Assembly: GCA_903935335.1 (NCBI GenBank)
Contig: CAIZRG010000029.1
Location: forward strand, 5,406 to 69,405
Source: Oligoflexia bacterium
GTDB taxonomy: Bacteria; Bdellovibrionota; UBA1018
Reading direction: 5' to 3'
DNA: 64,000 bases
The position numbers and the translations under genes were made by a program. The notes under the pieces were generated by a model. It made no database searches, had not been told where the DNA came from, and saw only the letters and a list, made by a program, of their open reading frames with translations. Each line of letters starts with the position of its first letter. Position 1 is the first letter of the stretch. Of the stretch, positions 16,201 to 26,246 are shown one piece after another.

Positions 16201-18480
16201 CTATCTTCGAGAGTCAATTGAGACATTTTCAGAAAAATACCCCGAAACGTACCTAAAGAGAAACTTTCTTTCCGTTTGACCTGAAAACCGAATCGTGACT
16301 TTCTGATCAACTCCTGCCCCTTCACTAGCGACCACAGTACCACAACCATACTGTGGATGAACCATCTGTTTTCCTACACAACCCTCTACAACACTTCTGA
16401 ATTGACGAGAAGACCCTACTTTAAACCCATCACTTTTATTTCCATAAGAGAAGGCGTGATCCTTCAAAAGATCATTAGAAATTTCAGAAAAAAATCGAGA
16501 AGGCTCTTGGTAACTGACATTTCCCCAAATCCGACGAACCTTCGCATTCAGTAAATAAAGCTTTTCTCGAGAACGAGTGATTCCCACATAAAATAAGCGT
16601 CGTTCCTCTTCAATTTCATCTTCCTGACTTTCCTCCCAAGGCTTCAATGAAGGAAATAATCCCTCCTCCATTCCAACAATAAAAACAACAGGAAACTCCA
16701 ATCCTTTAGAAGAGTGTAAGGTCATTAACTGAACACTTCCTTCTTTCTCCTCCCCCGAAAACTCAGAATCTGAGATTGAGGACTGCTCTATAAATAAAGT
16801 TAAAAGCTCGCTTCGCTTCTGATTCCGCTGTTGCTCAGACAACGGCTCTAAGAGATCCTCCTCAAATTCTTGAAGCAAAGTCGAAAATTCTTCGAGGTTT
16901 TGAATTCTAGCCAAAGATTCTTCAGTCGCTTCAGCACGCAACTGCCTCACATATCCGGTTTCATCTAAAATGAGATGGTAAAGTTCTGAAAGAAGGCGAT
17001 TGGGTTGGCTATCCATCAATTTTTGAATTAACTCAATAAACAGAGAAAGCTTCCGAGCAGCTGCTCCAGAAAACCTCCCTTGGGCAACAGCAAGCTGCAT
17101 CACCTCCCAGTAGGAACTGGGACCTTGAGAATTCACTTCTTGATAAAACAATTCTAGCTTTTCAACTGTAGTCTTCCCAATCCCTCGAACAGGAACATTA
17201 ATAATTCTCTTTAAACTAACAGAATCAGAAAAATTCAAAATTACTTTGAAATAAGCAAGGATATCTTTAATTTCTTTTCGATCGTAAAATCGAAGTCCTC
17301 CTACAATCTGATAGGGGATTTTCTCTCTGCGAAGTACATCTTCAAAAGGGCGACTTTGAGCATTTGTACGATAAAAAATTGAAAAATCAGGGTAACTACG
17401 GCCTTCATCAAAGACTAACCGCTTGATTTCAGCAATCACCACTTCGGCCTCAGCTCGCTCATCTGCAAGTTGAGCTCGAATCACCTGAGAACCCTCTTGA
17501 TTCTTTGTCCAAAGCGTTTTATCTCTCCTGGAGCGATTATTTCGAATAACCTGACTCGCTACAGCAAGAATTGTTTGTGTAGATCTATAATTCTCCTCGA
17601 GTTTGACAATCTGAGCTCCTGGAAAATCTTTTTCAAAATCTAAAATATTACGAATATCTGCCCCACGCCATTTATAAATCGACTGATCTTCATCTCCCAC
17701 CACACAAAGGTTTCCATGTCCTCCCTGACGAGAACCTGCAAGCATAGAAAGCAATAAATACTGAGCTCGATTTGTATCTTGATATTCATCAACATGGAGG
17801 TATCTTAGATTTTTTTGATACTTTTCTCTGAGCTCTGAATCGTCCCGAAGCAACCGATAGGTCATGCAAATAATCTCGCCAAAATCCAAGGCATGATTTA
17901 AAAGGAGTTCTTTCTGATAGGATTCATAAACTCGTTTCAGCTGCCGAGAAAAAACGGAATAAGAAAGGGCTTCCAACTCATCTGGAGTTTGTGCATCACA
18001 CTTTGCACGGTTAATTCCAGATTGGATGGCCTTGGGATTTACAGATTTTTCATCTATATTTAAACTGGAAAATACTCTTTTAATCAAGCTCAGTTGATCC
18101 GTATCGTCATAGATCACAAAAGGTTTTGTAAAGGGAGTCCGATGAAGCTCCCTTCGTAATAATCGAACACAAAAAGAGTGAAAAGTGCCAATTTCAGGTC
18201 TTCCTAAGCGGGGCCCTCCCTCTTTGGGACTCCAAGTGGAAGTAGAGTACCCAAGCATTTTGTCTACTCTTGCACGCATTTCTGCAGCTGCCTTGTTCGT
18301 AAAGGTCACAGCCATGACCTGATGCGCAGGAATACAAAGTTCTTGGATCAAATGAACAATCCTTGAAGTTAACATCTTCGTCTTGCCAGAGCCAGCTCCT
18401 GCTAGAACGATTAAGGGCCCGTCAGTACACAAGACAGCCTCTCGCTGCCTTGGATTGAGGGAAGCTAACACATCTTGCAT
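16201..18480 (-). CDS. uvrD: UvrD/PcrA/Rep-family ATP-dependent DNA helicase
   Basis: LNPRQREAV…GAGSGKT Walker A, helicase motifs throughout, and a C-terminal Tudor-like tail. The ORF track extends 12 codons further upstream (to 18516). Confidence 0.85.
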   Translation of the reverse strand: MQDVLASLNPRQREAVLCTDGPLIVLAGAGSGKTKMLTSRIVHLIQELCIPAHQVMAVTFTNKAAAEMRARVDKMLGYSTSTWSPKEGGPRLGRPEIGTFHSFCVRLLRRELHRTPFTKPFVIYDDTDQLSLIKRVFSSLNIDEKSVNPKAIQSGINRAKCDAQTPDELEALSYSVFSRQLKRVYESYQKELLLNHALDFGEIICMTYRLLRDDSELREKYQKNLRYLHVDEYQDTNRAQYLLLSMLAGSRQGGHGNLCVVGDEDQSIYKWRGADIRNILDFEKDFPGAQIVKLEENYRSTQTILAVASQVIRNNRSRRDKTLWTKNQEGSQVIRAQLADERAEAEVVIAEIKRLVFDEGRSYPDFSIFYRTNAQSRPFEDVLRREKIPYQIVGGLRFYDRKEIKDILAYFKVILNFSDSVSLKRIINVPVRGIGKTTVEKLELFYQEVNSQGPSSYWEVMQLAVAQGRFSGAAARKLSLFIELIQKLMDSQPNRLLSELYHLILDETGYVRQLRAEATEESLARIQNLEEFSTLLQEFEEDLLEPLSEQQRNQKRSELLTLFIEQSSISDSEFSGEEKEGSVQLMTLHSSKGLEFPVVFIVGMEEGLFPSLKPWEESQEDEIEEERRLFYVGITRSREKLYLLNAKVRRIWGNVSYQEPSRFFSEISNDLLKDHAFSYGNKSDGFKVGSSRQFRSVVEGCVGKQMVHPQYGCGTVVASEGAGVDQKVTIRFSGQTERKFLFRYVSGYFSENVSIDSRR

Positions 18481-18518
18481 GATTCTTTCATCGCACACCT
18501 TGTTATGACAAATCAAAA

Positions 18519-20384
18519 CTATTCCACCGTCACGCTCTTAGCCAAATTGCGAGGCTTATCCACATCGGTTCCCTTCTGAACAGCTCGGTAATAGCTAAAC
18601 AACTGAACAACAGGGGCTAAAATGAACGAAAGCAGCCCAGCATCGATAGATCGATTTTCAGAAGGAAGTGGGATCCAATCATCACATAGATTTTTTAAAT
18701 CATAATCATCCGAATCTCCAATTCCCACAATCATTGCTCCTCTGGCTTTCACTTCCTCTAAATTAGAGACCGTTTTATCTCGCCAAGAATCTCGAGGCGC
18801 TAAAACCACAACCACCATTCCCTGATCAATCATAGCGATTGGACCATGCTTGAGCTCTCCAGCTGCATAACCCTCCGCATAGTCATAAGCAATTTCCTTC
18901 AGTTTGAGCGCCCCTTCTAAGGCCAGAGGATAAGAATATCCACGACCTATAAAGAAAAATCCTTTTGAGTGAGAAAGATTTTGGACTGTGACTCGGATCT
19001 GTTTCAGCATCTCAGAACCCTCTTCAAGCTCCTGAGATAGCAAATGAGGAATTTTAACTAATTCATTAAAAAGCTGAGCAATTTCAAGATTGCTCTTCTT
19101 TTTTTGCTTAAACCCAAGGTAGCCAGCAAACACGAGCATCACTAAAATCTGAGCCATAAAGGTCTTGGTCGCAGCTACTCCAACTTCAGGTCCAGCCGAA
19201 GTAAAAAACACAGCATCAGCTTCCCTGGCAATTGAACTTCCACGAACATTAGAAACTCCAAGTGTTGGAACTCTACGCACCCTCATCTCTCTTAGAACTG
19301 CAAGAGTATCCGCAGTCTCCCCCGATTGAGAAACCCCAATCACTAAAGTCCCAGATCTTACGACTGGGTCACGATATCGAAACTCACTCGCCAACTCAAC
19401 GTTCACAGGAATTCCAGACCATCGCTCAATCCAATATTTTCCTAGCAAGGCTGCATGCCAGGAAGTCCCACACGCCACCAAGCAAAGCTCTTGTGCCTGG
19501 TTCAATAAATTGACGCCCGGCTGAGGAAATAAAGAAAACGGATTTTTTTGATTTCGATCTAGAATCTGATTCAACGTATGGGTAATCACACCTGGCTGCT
19601 CATAAATTTCTTTGAGCATGTAATGTGGAAAACCCCCTTTGTCCATTTGTTCAATCGACCACTCAAGGCTCAAAGGCTTTCGTTCAACCTCCAACCCACT
19701 CTCAAGCTCTATGACTTGCATCCCCTCATGGGTTGCAATCACCAGATCCCCATGCTCCAAAAAAATCACTTCCCGAGAAAAAGGTAGGAGAGGTTGAGCA
19801 TCACTTGCAATCACCACTCCGCCTTCAGGATCACGAACAACCACCAAGGGGGAACCATTTCGAACCCCAACAATTTTTTCAGGCTCTCGCTCAGACATCA
19901 CAACAACACTACATTGCCCAAGAAGTTTAGAAAAACTTCGCCGAACCGCTGTCACTAAGCTAGCACCCAACTCCATCTCATCTAAAACTAGAAAACCAAA
20001 AAGCTCACTATCGGTTTCTGATTGCGGAGTGTGGCCTTTTAAAATTAATTCTTTTTTAATCTCAAGATAATTTTCAATGATTCCATTATGCACTAAAACC
20101 ACATGCCCCGTCTTATGAGGATGAGCATTTTTAGTCGTAGGTTTACCATGGGTTGCCCATCGGGTGTGACCGATACCACAGGAAGAGTAAAGAGGAACCC
20201 TCTTGTCTCGAAAGATTTTTTCAATATTTCCTAATCGTCCTTCTGATTTCTCAATGACAATTTGATTTTTAATGAAAAGCGCAATCCCTGCTGAATCATA
20301 GCCTCGGTATTCAAGATGCTTTAAACCTTGAATCAGAACATCAGCAGCTGAACGACTTCCTATATAACCCACAATACCGCACAT
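18519..20384 (-). CDS. glmS: Glutamine--fructose-6-phosphate aminotransferase
   Basis: N-terminal MCGIVGY (catalytic Cys2), two SIS domains, C-terminal …VTVE. The ORF track begins 14 codons upstream; the true start is taken as the M preceding CGIVGY. Confidence 0.9.
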   Translation of the reverse strand: MCGIVGYIGSRSAADVLIQGLKHLEYRGYDSAGIALFIKNQIVIEKSEGRLGNIEKIFRDKRVPLYSSCGIGHTRWATHGKPTTKNAHPHKTGHVVLVHNGIIENYLEIKKELILKGHTPQSETDSELFGFLVLDEMELGASLVTAVRRSFSKLLGQCSVVVMSEREPEKIVGVRNGSPLVVVRDPEGGVVIASDAQPLLPFSREVIFLEHGDLVIATHEGMQVIELESGLEVERKPLSLEWSIEQMDKGGFPHYMLKEIYEQPGVITHTLNQILDRNQKNPFSLFPQPGVNLLNQAQELCLVACGTSWHAALLGKYWIERWSGIPVNVELASEFRYRDPVVRSGTLVIGVSQSGETADTLAVLREMRVRRVPTLGVSNVRGSSIAREADAVFFTSAGPEVGVAATKTFMAQILVMLVFAGYLGFKQKKKSNLEIAQLFNELVKIPHLLSQELEEGSEMLKQIRVTVQNLSHSKGFFFIGRGYSYPLALEGALKLKEIAYDYAEGYAAGELKHGPIAMIDQGMVVVVLAPRDSWRDKTVSNLEEVKARGAMIVGIGDSDDYDLKNLCDDWIPLPSENRSIDAGLLSFILAPVVQLFSYYRAVQKGTDVDKPRNLAKSVTVE

Positions 20385-20422
20385 AACTTCTCCTTCTAAC
20401 ACCCCCCAACAACACGCCAACT

Positions 20423-21877
20423 TCACTCTTTTTTGAGCTGTCGAATTCTTCGAGCATAGCCAGGTTTATTGACTTGCCGAGACCGAGCAATCGCTAAATC
20501 TTCAGGGGGGACATCCTGCGTAATCGTAGAACCAGAAGCAATATAAGCTCCATCCCCAATTTTCACAGGAGCGACCGTTTGACAATCACTCCCTAAGAAC
20601 ACCCCGTCTCCAATCAAAGTCTTATGCTTTCTTTCTCCTTGAATTGTACGACCATCAAAGTTGCAAGTCACAAAACCACAACCAATATTGACATTTTTCC
20701 CGACTACAGCGTCTCCGAGATAAGATAAATGCGCAATATGGGTGTGAGCGCCAACACTTGTTTTTTTTAGCTCAACAAAATTTCCGATCTTACAATGAAG
20801 ACCCACTTGAGTCTCAGGCCGAAGGTGAGCATAGGGTCCCACTTGAGAATAAGAGCCAATCTTCGAGTTTTCTGCGATTGTTCCAGCTCGGATGCAAACT
20901 TCTTGCCCAACTTCGACATCTTTAAGTATCGAACGAATCCCAATTTCTGTGCCCGATCCTACCGTCGTCTTTCCCTTTAAAACAACTCCGGGATGAACTG
21001 TGACCCCTTCCTCGAAAGTAACAGAACTATCAATGAAAGTACTGTAAGGATCAATAAAGCGCACGCCCCTCAAAGCCCATTGACGGATCATTCTCAAATT
21101 TAAGAGTCGATCGGCCTGGGCCAGCTCCCAAAGATCATTAACACCTTGCACATCCTCAGCTTTATCCCAATATAATAAATCAATTTCTTTTTTTCGTTTC
21201 ACAGCTTGATCAATTAAGTCTGTTAAATAATATTCAGATTGCGCATTTTTGCAGTTAATTCGATGAAGCGATGTCCTGAGAAATTTAGGCTCAAACAAAT
21301 AAATTGAAACAGACACTAAAGAAATGAGCTTTTCCTTTAAATTTGCATCTCTTTCTTCTCGAATACGTAAAATAGGACCATTTTTATGCTTACGAATCAC
21401 TCTCCCGTATCCTGTCGGATCTTCAAGTTCACAAACCAGAAGTCGCATTGCCTGCTTCTTCTTCAAAGGTAAAGCCATGGACCGTATCAAACCCGAATGC
21501 ACCAATGGCAAATCCCCGGGTAGAACTAAAACTGGGGTCTGAGATTGGATTTGAGATTTACCCCAATCTGAGTCCATTGCACAACGAGCTGCATGACCTG
21601 TTCCTAACTGCTCTGCTTGATGAATCCAATGAAGATCCATGCCTTGAAATTTAGACTCACTCTGAATCAGAGCTTTTATTTGTTCATGTTGATAGCCAAC
21701 AACGATTGCCACTGAAACCTGAGGAAATAATTCAAGAACTTGATCTAGCAAATGAAATAAGAGAGGCCTGCCTCTGATAGGGTGAAGGACTTTAGGAAGA
21801 GAAGATTTCATCCTTTTCCCAAGACCTGCTGCTAAAACTAACACACCGCACTGGATCGAATTCTGATTTCTGACCAT
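20423..21877 (-). CDS. glmU: Bifunctional UDP-GlcNAc pyrophosphorylase / GlcN-1-P acetyltransferase
   Basis: N-terminal VLAAGLGKRMKSSLPKVLH nucleotidyltransferase motif and C-terminal hexapeptide-repeat acetyltransferase domain; upstream of glmS. Confidence 0.88.
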   Translation of the reverse strand: MVRNQNSIQCGVLVLAAGLGKRMKSSLPKVLHPIRGRPLLFHLLDQVLELFPQVSVAIVVGYQHEQIKALIQSESKFQGMDLHWIHQAEQLGTGHAARCAMDSDWGKSQIQSQTPVLVLPGDLPLVHSGLIRSMALPLKKKQAMRLLVCELEDPTGYGRVIRKHKNGPILRIREERDANLKEKLISLVSVSIYLFEPKFLRTSLHRINCKNAQSEYYLTDLIDQAVKRKKEIDLLYWDKAEDVQGVNDLWELAQADRLLNLRMIRQWALRGVRFIDPYSTFIDSSVTFEEGVTVHPGVVLKGKTTVGSGTEIGIRSILKDVEVGQEVCIRAGTIAENSKIGSYSQVGPYAHLRPETQVGLHCKIGNFVELKKTSVGAHTHIAHLSYLGDAVVGKNVNIGCGFVTCNFDGRTIQGERKHKTLIGDGVFLGSDCQTVAPVKIGDGAYIASGSTITQDVPPEDLAIARSRQVNKPGYARRIRQLKKE

Positions 21878-22025
21878 GAGTAACTGAGCTACCGGAAATC
21901 AATACTTTACTCAAGTTGACTTTCAAAAACCTCTTTCAAAGTCTATCTTTCCAGTCCATGAAACAAAGCGTTTAAAATCATCTTCCCCTTAAAAGAATAT
22001 TTCTTGAGTTCGCTCATAAAATTTA

Positions 22026-22053
22026 TTGTCAAATTCTACTAAAAAGCTAAAAT
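22026..22053 (+). promoter_or_regulatory. Candidate sigma-70 promoter for dksA (TTGTCA-N16-TAAAAT)
   Basis: Hexamers read in sequence ~50 nt upstream of the dksA ATG. Confidence 0.3.
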
Positions 22054-22100
22054 AGACAAGTTGTTAAAAAGTAGTATCATCCTGATGGGGGGAACAAGGC

Positions 22101-22463
22101 ATGGACTCGAAAGTACTATTTAAATATAAAAAACTCTTGCTTGAAGAAAAACAGAGAATTCTAAATAATTCAAAAAATGCCCTAAAAAACGAGCTCGTTT
22201 TATCAACAGACGATCTTCCTGATGAAACTGATCTAGCTGCCAGTGAAATTAACCAAAACTTAGTGTTTAAGTTAAGAGACCGTGAACGTCAACTGTTGAG
22301 TAAAATTGATGAAGCTCTTTTAAGAATGACTGAAGGTACTTTTGGCACTTGCCAGGACTGCGAAGAACCGATTGAACCTCGACGGCTTGAAGCTCGACCG
22401 ATGTCTACTCTTTGCATTGCTTGCAAAGAAAAGCAAGAACATCGCGAAAAAATTTACGCTTAG
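22101..22463 (+). CDS. dksA: DksA (RNA polymerase-binding transcription factor), short form
   Basis: DETDLAASE (DxxDxA coiled-coil tip) and C4 zinc finger CQDCEEPIEPRRLEARPMSTLCIACK, nearly identical in pattern to E. coli DksA ([26 protein letters not shown]). Confidence 0.8.
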   Translation: MDSKVLFKYKKLLLEEKQRILNNSKNALKNELVLSTDDLPDETDLAASEINQNLVFKLRDRERQLLSKIDEALLRMTEGTFGTCQDCEEPIEPRRLEARPMSTLCIACKEKQEHREKIYA

Positions 22464-22600
22464 CCATTGCATGACTGATCCAATGAGTCTGAAAATCCTT
22501 GTTAATGTTGACTCGGCAATTATTCCCTAAAGACCCCTCATTTTTCAACCGAAGGTAATTTAGATCGTGAATAGCCGAGTCAAATCAAGGAGACTTTGGA

Positions 22601-25060
22601 ATGGTAACTAATTATGACGGCGAAGAAATTGAAATTCCTAAGACACTCCCACTCTTACCTGTAAGAGATATTGTCGTTTTTCCATATATGATCATCCCTT
22701 TGTTTGTAGGACGCGATTCTTCAATTAAAAGCGTAGAAGAAAGTCTTTCAAGAGCAGATAGGCTTATTCTTTTATCCTCACAAAAAGAAATGAGTGACGA
22801 ACATCCGTCTCCTGATGGAATTTATACTACAGGAACTGTCGCAATGATCATGCGGATGCGAAAACTTCCTGACGGACGTATTAAAATTTTAACACAAGGG
22901 CTTTGTAAAGCTAACATTAAAGAATTTGTCCAATCACAACCTTTTTTTGAAGTAAAAATTGATAAAATTTCTGAAACTTCAGAAGGAGTTTTAGCTGAAA
23001 CTGAAGCTCTGATGCGCAACGTACGTGAACAACTTGAACGAGTTATTGCTTTAGGTAAAGTACTTACACCTGACATCTTAATGGTTCTAGATGACATCAT
23101 TGACCCAGGACGATTGGCGGACCTTGTTGCATCCAACCTTGGACTCAAAGTGAGTGATGCTCAATCAATTTTAGAGACTTCAGATTCAGTAGAAAGACTT
23201 AAAAAAATCCATGAAATTTTAACTAAAGAAATTGAAGTCCTCTCTATCCAAGCAAAAATTCGTTCTCAAGCTAAAGACGAAATGACGAAATCTCAAAAAG
23301 AATATTTTTTGAGAGAACAAATTCGAGCTATTAAAAATGAACTAGGCGACTCCGACACTAAGGGTGAAGAAATTAATGAGCTTAAAGAAAAAATATTATC
23401 CTGCAAAATGCCAAATGAAGCAGAACAAGAAGCCTTAAAGCAGCTCAACCGACTTGAAAGAATGCACCCTGATGCCTCAGAAGCCTCAATGCTTAGAACC
23501 TACATTGACTGGTTACTGGATACACCTTGGTCAAAACACACTACTGACAACTTGGATTTAGTTCGAGCAAAAAATATCTTAGATGAAGAACATTATAATC
23601 TAAAAAAAATTAAAGAAAGAATCCTAGAGTATTTAGCTGTAAGAAAATTAAAAGACAAGATGAAAGGACCCCTTCTTTGCTTTGCAGGACCTCCAGGAGT
23701 TGGAAAAACGTCTTTAGGTCGCTCAATTGCCCGCGCACTTGGCAGAGAATTTGTAAGAATTTCATTAGGGGGAGTTAAAGACGAAGCTGAAATCAGAGGA
23801 CACAGAAGAACCTATGTAGGAGCCCTCCCAGGAAGGATTATTCAAGGCTTAAAGCAAGCCGGAACTAATAATCCTATCTTTGTTCTCGATGAAATTGACA
23901 AACTCGGAAATGACTTTAGGGGAGATCCTTCAGCTGCTTTACTCGAAGTACTTGACCCTGAACAGAACAACTCATTTCGAGACCATTACCTGAATTTATC
24001 TTACGATCTTTCAAATGTTATGTTTATTGCTACTTGCAATATGCTTGACACTATTCCATCTGCTCTAAAAGACAGAATGGAAATTATCCAACTTTCTGGA
24101 TACACGGAGGAAGAGAAATATTTTATTTCAAAAAAATATCTCATACCAAAACAAATCTCAGAAAATGGGATTGAAGAATCTCAAATTGAATTCGATGACG
24201 ACTCTATACAAATCATTATATCTCAATACACACGAGAAGCAGGTCTCAGAAACTTAGAAAGAAATATAGCTAAAGTTTGCAGAAAGACAGCAAAACTGGT
24301 AGCTGAAGGAAAATTAGAGAAAACATTTATTAATCCAAAGCAAGTTTACGAGTTTCTAGGACCAGCTCCTTACATGAAGGAAGACGAGCAAGAAAAAGAT
24401 GAAATTGGAATTGCAACAGGACTAGCTTGGACATCAGTGGGTGGAGAAATCCTCTTTGTTGAGTCTACTGCAATGAAGGGTAAGGGAGGCATCACTCTAA
24501 CCGGACAGCTTGGAGATGTTATGAAAGAGTCAGGTCAAGCAGCACTTGGCCTGATCCGATCTCGTGCAAAAGACTTCGACATTGACGAAGATCTTTTCTC
24601 ATCGACTGATATTCATGTCCATTTTCCAGCAGGAGGTGTACCTAAAGATGGGCCTTCAGCTGGAATCACAATGGCCACTGCCATTATTTCAAGGCTAACC
24701 AATATCCCAATCAGAAAAGACATTGCTATGACAGGAGAAATCACTTTAACAGGAAAAGTTCTCCCGATTGGTGGACTTAAAGAAAAAGCACTAGCAGCTA
24801 TGCGACATGGGATTAAAAACATTATTATTCCTCTAAAAAACAAAAAAGATCTTGAGGACATTCCTGAAGAATACAGAAAAAATCTAAACTTTATCCCTGT
24901 AAAAACAATTGATGAAGTCCTAGACGCTGTGTTGACTCAAAAAATTTCAAAAATGAATGAAAATACCCCTCACTCTCCTTCAGGAAAAGAAGATAAAACA
25001 AAAACCAGTCGTAAAAAAATAACCCCTTCAGCAGGAACGGATTTTGATAAAGCAGCTTAA
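22601..25060 (+). CDS. lon: ATP-dependent Lon protease
   Basis: LON N-domain, AAA+ module (GPPGVGKTS) and protease domain (PKDGPSAG, catalytic Ser-Lys dyad region). Confidence 0.92.
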   Translation: MVTNYDGEEIEIPKTLPLLPVRDIVVFPYMIIPLFVGRDSSIKSVEESLSRADRLILLSSQKEMSDEHPSPDGIYTTGTVAMIMRMRKLPDGRIKILTQGLCKANIKEFVQSQPFFEVKIDKISETSEGVLAETEALMRNVREQLERVIALGKVLTPDILMVLDDIIDPGRLADLVASNLGLKVSDAQSILETSDSVERLKKIHEILTKEIEVLSIQAKIRSQAKDEMTKSQKEYFLREQIRAIKNELGDSDTKGEEINELKEKILSCKMPNEAEQEALKQLNRLERMHPDASEASMLRTYIDWLLDTPWSKHTTDNLDLVRAKNILDEEHYNLKKIKERILEYLAVRKLKDKMKGPLLCFAGPPGVGKTSLGRSIARALGREFVRISLGGVKDEAEIRGHRRTYVGALPGRIIQGLKQAGTNNPIFVLDEIDKLGNDFRGDPSAALLEVLDPEQNNSFRDHYLNLSYDLSNVMFIATCNMLDTIPSALKDRMEIIQLSGYTEEEKYFISKKYLIPKQISENGIEESQIEFDDDSIQIIISQYTREAGLRNLERNIAKVCRKTAKLVAEGKLEKTFINPKQVYEFLGPAPYMKEDEQEKDEIGIATGLAWTSVGGEILFVESTAMKGKGGITLTGQLGDVMKESGQAALGLIRSRAKDFDIDEDLFSSTDIHVHFPAGGVPKDGPSAGITMATAIISRLTNIPIRKDIAMTGEITLTGKVLPIGGLKEKALAAMRHGIKNIIIPLKNKKDLEDIPEEYRKNLNFIPVKTIDEVLDAVLTQKISKMNENTPHSPSGKEDKTKTSRKKITPSAGTDFDKAA

Positions 25061-25139
25061 CTTTGTAGTATAATTGAGATTTTTTTGATTGTTAGGATGC
25101 CTCTGGACAGCTCAGAGCTGCGTATGAGAAAAAGAACTC

Positions 25140-26246
25140 ATGACATCTCTTCAAACAGGGGCGTTTTTAATTTTAATTCTTCTATCTGCCTATCTATCCG
25201 CCTCAGAAACTGCTCTATTTAGCTTATCCCGGTTTCAACTCAGATCGCTGAAAGAAAATTTCCGTCCTAAGTATCGTAAAATTAAGCGACTTTTATCTGA
25301 CCCAGGCGGACTCTTGGTTACAATTCTTGTTGTCAACGAGGTCGTCAATGTTACTCTTTCTTCATTGATTACTGAATTTGTTTCTGCTCAAAATTTTGCA
25401 ATCCCTCCTCCATTAGAGGGTATTCCCCGCTGGGCTTTTAATGCAGTTCTAGGAATTCTAATTGCAGCCCCCATCATTCTGTTTGGATGTGAAATCACAC
25501 CTAAGGTCATTGGAGCTCGGATTAATCAACTCGTTTCAACCTTGACTGCTAGTCCGTTATTATTTATTTATCTTCTTTTTAAACCTTTTCGCGTGATTTT
25601 AAAGCAGGTCATTTTTATTTTTTCATTTCAACCCAAAACACAAAAGAGCCCTGAAGCTAAAACTAATACTTACTCCTCCATGGATGGAAACATCTTACGA
25701 GAGATTGATTTTTTACTCATGCTAGAAGAAGGACACCGGGAGGGGGCAATTCAGGAAAGTGAACTAGAACTCATACGTAATGTTTTTGAACTCGGCAATA
25801 CTCTTGTTTCAAAAATTGCAACGCCCCTTTCACAAGTTCGTTCTCTTTCGATCAATACGACTATTAAGGCTGCACTAGTCGCTGTAAAAAATGATCGATA
25901 TTCTAGAATTCCAATTCTTTCTCCCAATCGAAATGATGTTGTAGGAATTCTTTACTCAAAAGATTTATTACGGTTTCGACTTCCTATAGAATCTTCTCAG
26001 ATCACCGTAAGCTCTCTTATGAAAAAACCTTTTTTTATTCAACCCAACATGAAATTAAACACATTATTCCGTAAGTTCAAACAGCATAAAATCCATATGG
26101 CTATCCTAAAAAATACAAATGGTGACATCTCTGGAGTCGTCACCATGAGCGATGTTCTTGACACTCTCTTTGAAGACTTTATCCCAGAAGAAGAAGATAC
26201 ACAGACAAATGAACTTCAAATGAAAATGGGTAGGAGCCCCTCATGA
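25140..26246 (+). CDS. HlyC/CorC (CNNM) family transporter: DUF21 membrane domain + CBS pair + CorC_HlyC
   Basis: N-terminal 4-TM DUF21 region, tandem CBS motifs, and C-terminal transporter-associated domain. Confidence 0.7.
   Translation: MTSLQTGAFLILILLSAYLSASETALFSLSRFQLRSLKENFRPKYRKIKRLLSDPGGLLVTILVVNEVVNVTLSSLITEFVSAQNFAIPPPLEGIPRWAFNAVLGILIAAPIILFGCEITPKVIGARINQLVSTLTASPLLFIYLLFKPFRVILKQVIFIFSFQPKTQKSPEAKTNTYSSMDGNILREIDFLLMLEEGHREGAIQESELELIRNVFELGNTLVSKIATPLSQVRSLSINTTIKAALVAVKNDRYSRIPILSPNRNDVVGILYSKDLLRFRLPIESSQITVSSLMKKPFFIQPNMKLNTLFRKFKQHKIHMAILKNTNGDISGVVTMSDVLDTLFEDFIPEEEDTQTNELQMKMGRSPS

Noticed and set aside
22514-22560. Sigma-32 promoter or CIRCE element upstream of lon
   Set aside because: CCCCTCATTT resembles a sigma-32 -10 box, but no -35 CTTGAAA lies at 13-17 bp. 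No TTAGCACTC-N9-GAGTGCTAA CIRCE is present. Kept only as a low-interest note.
22822-24861. Antisense ORFs inside lon (22822..23148, 24613..24861)
   Set aside because: Contained in the lon CDS, which aligns end-to-end with Lon proteases; spurious.
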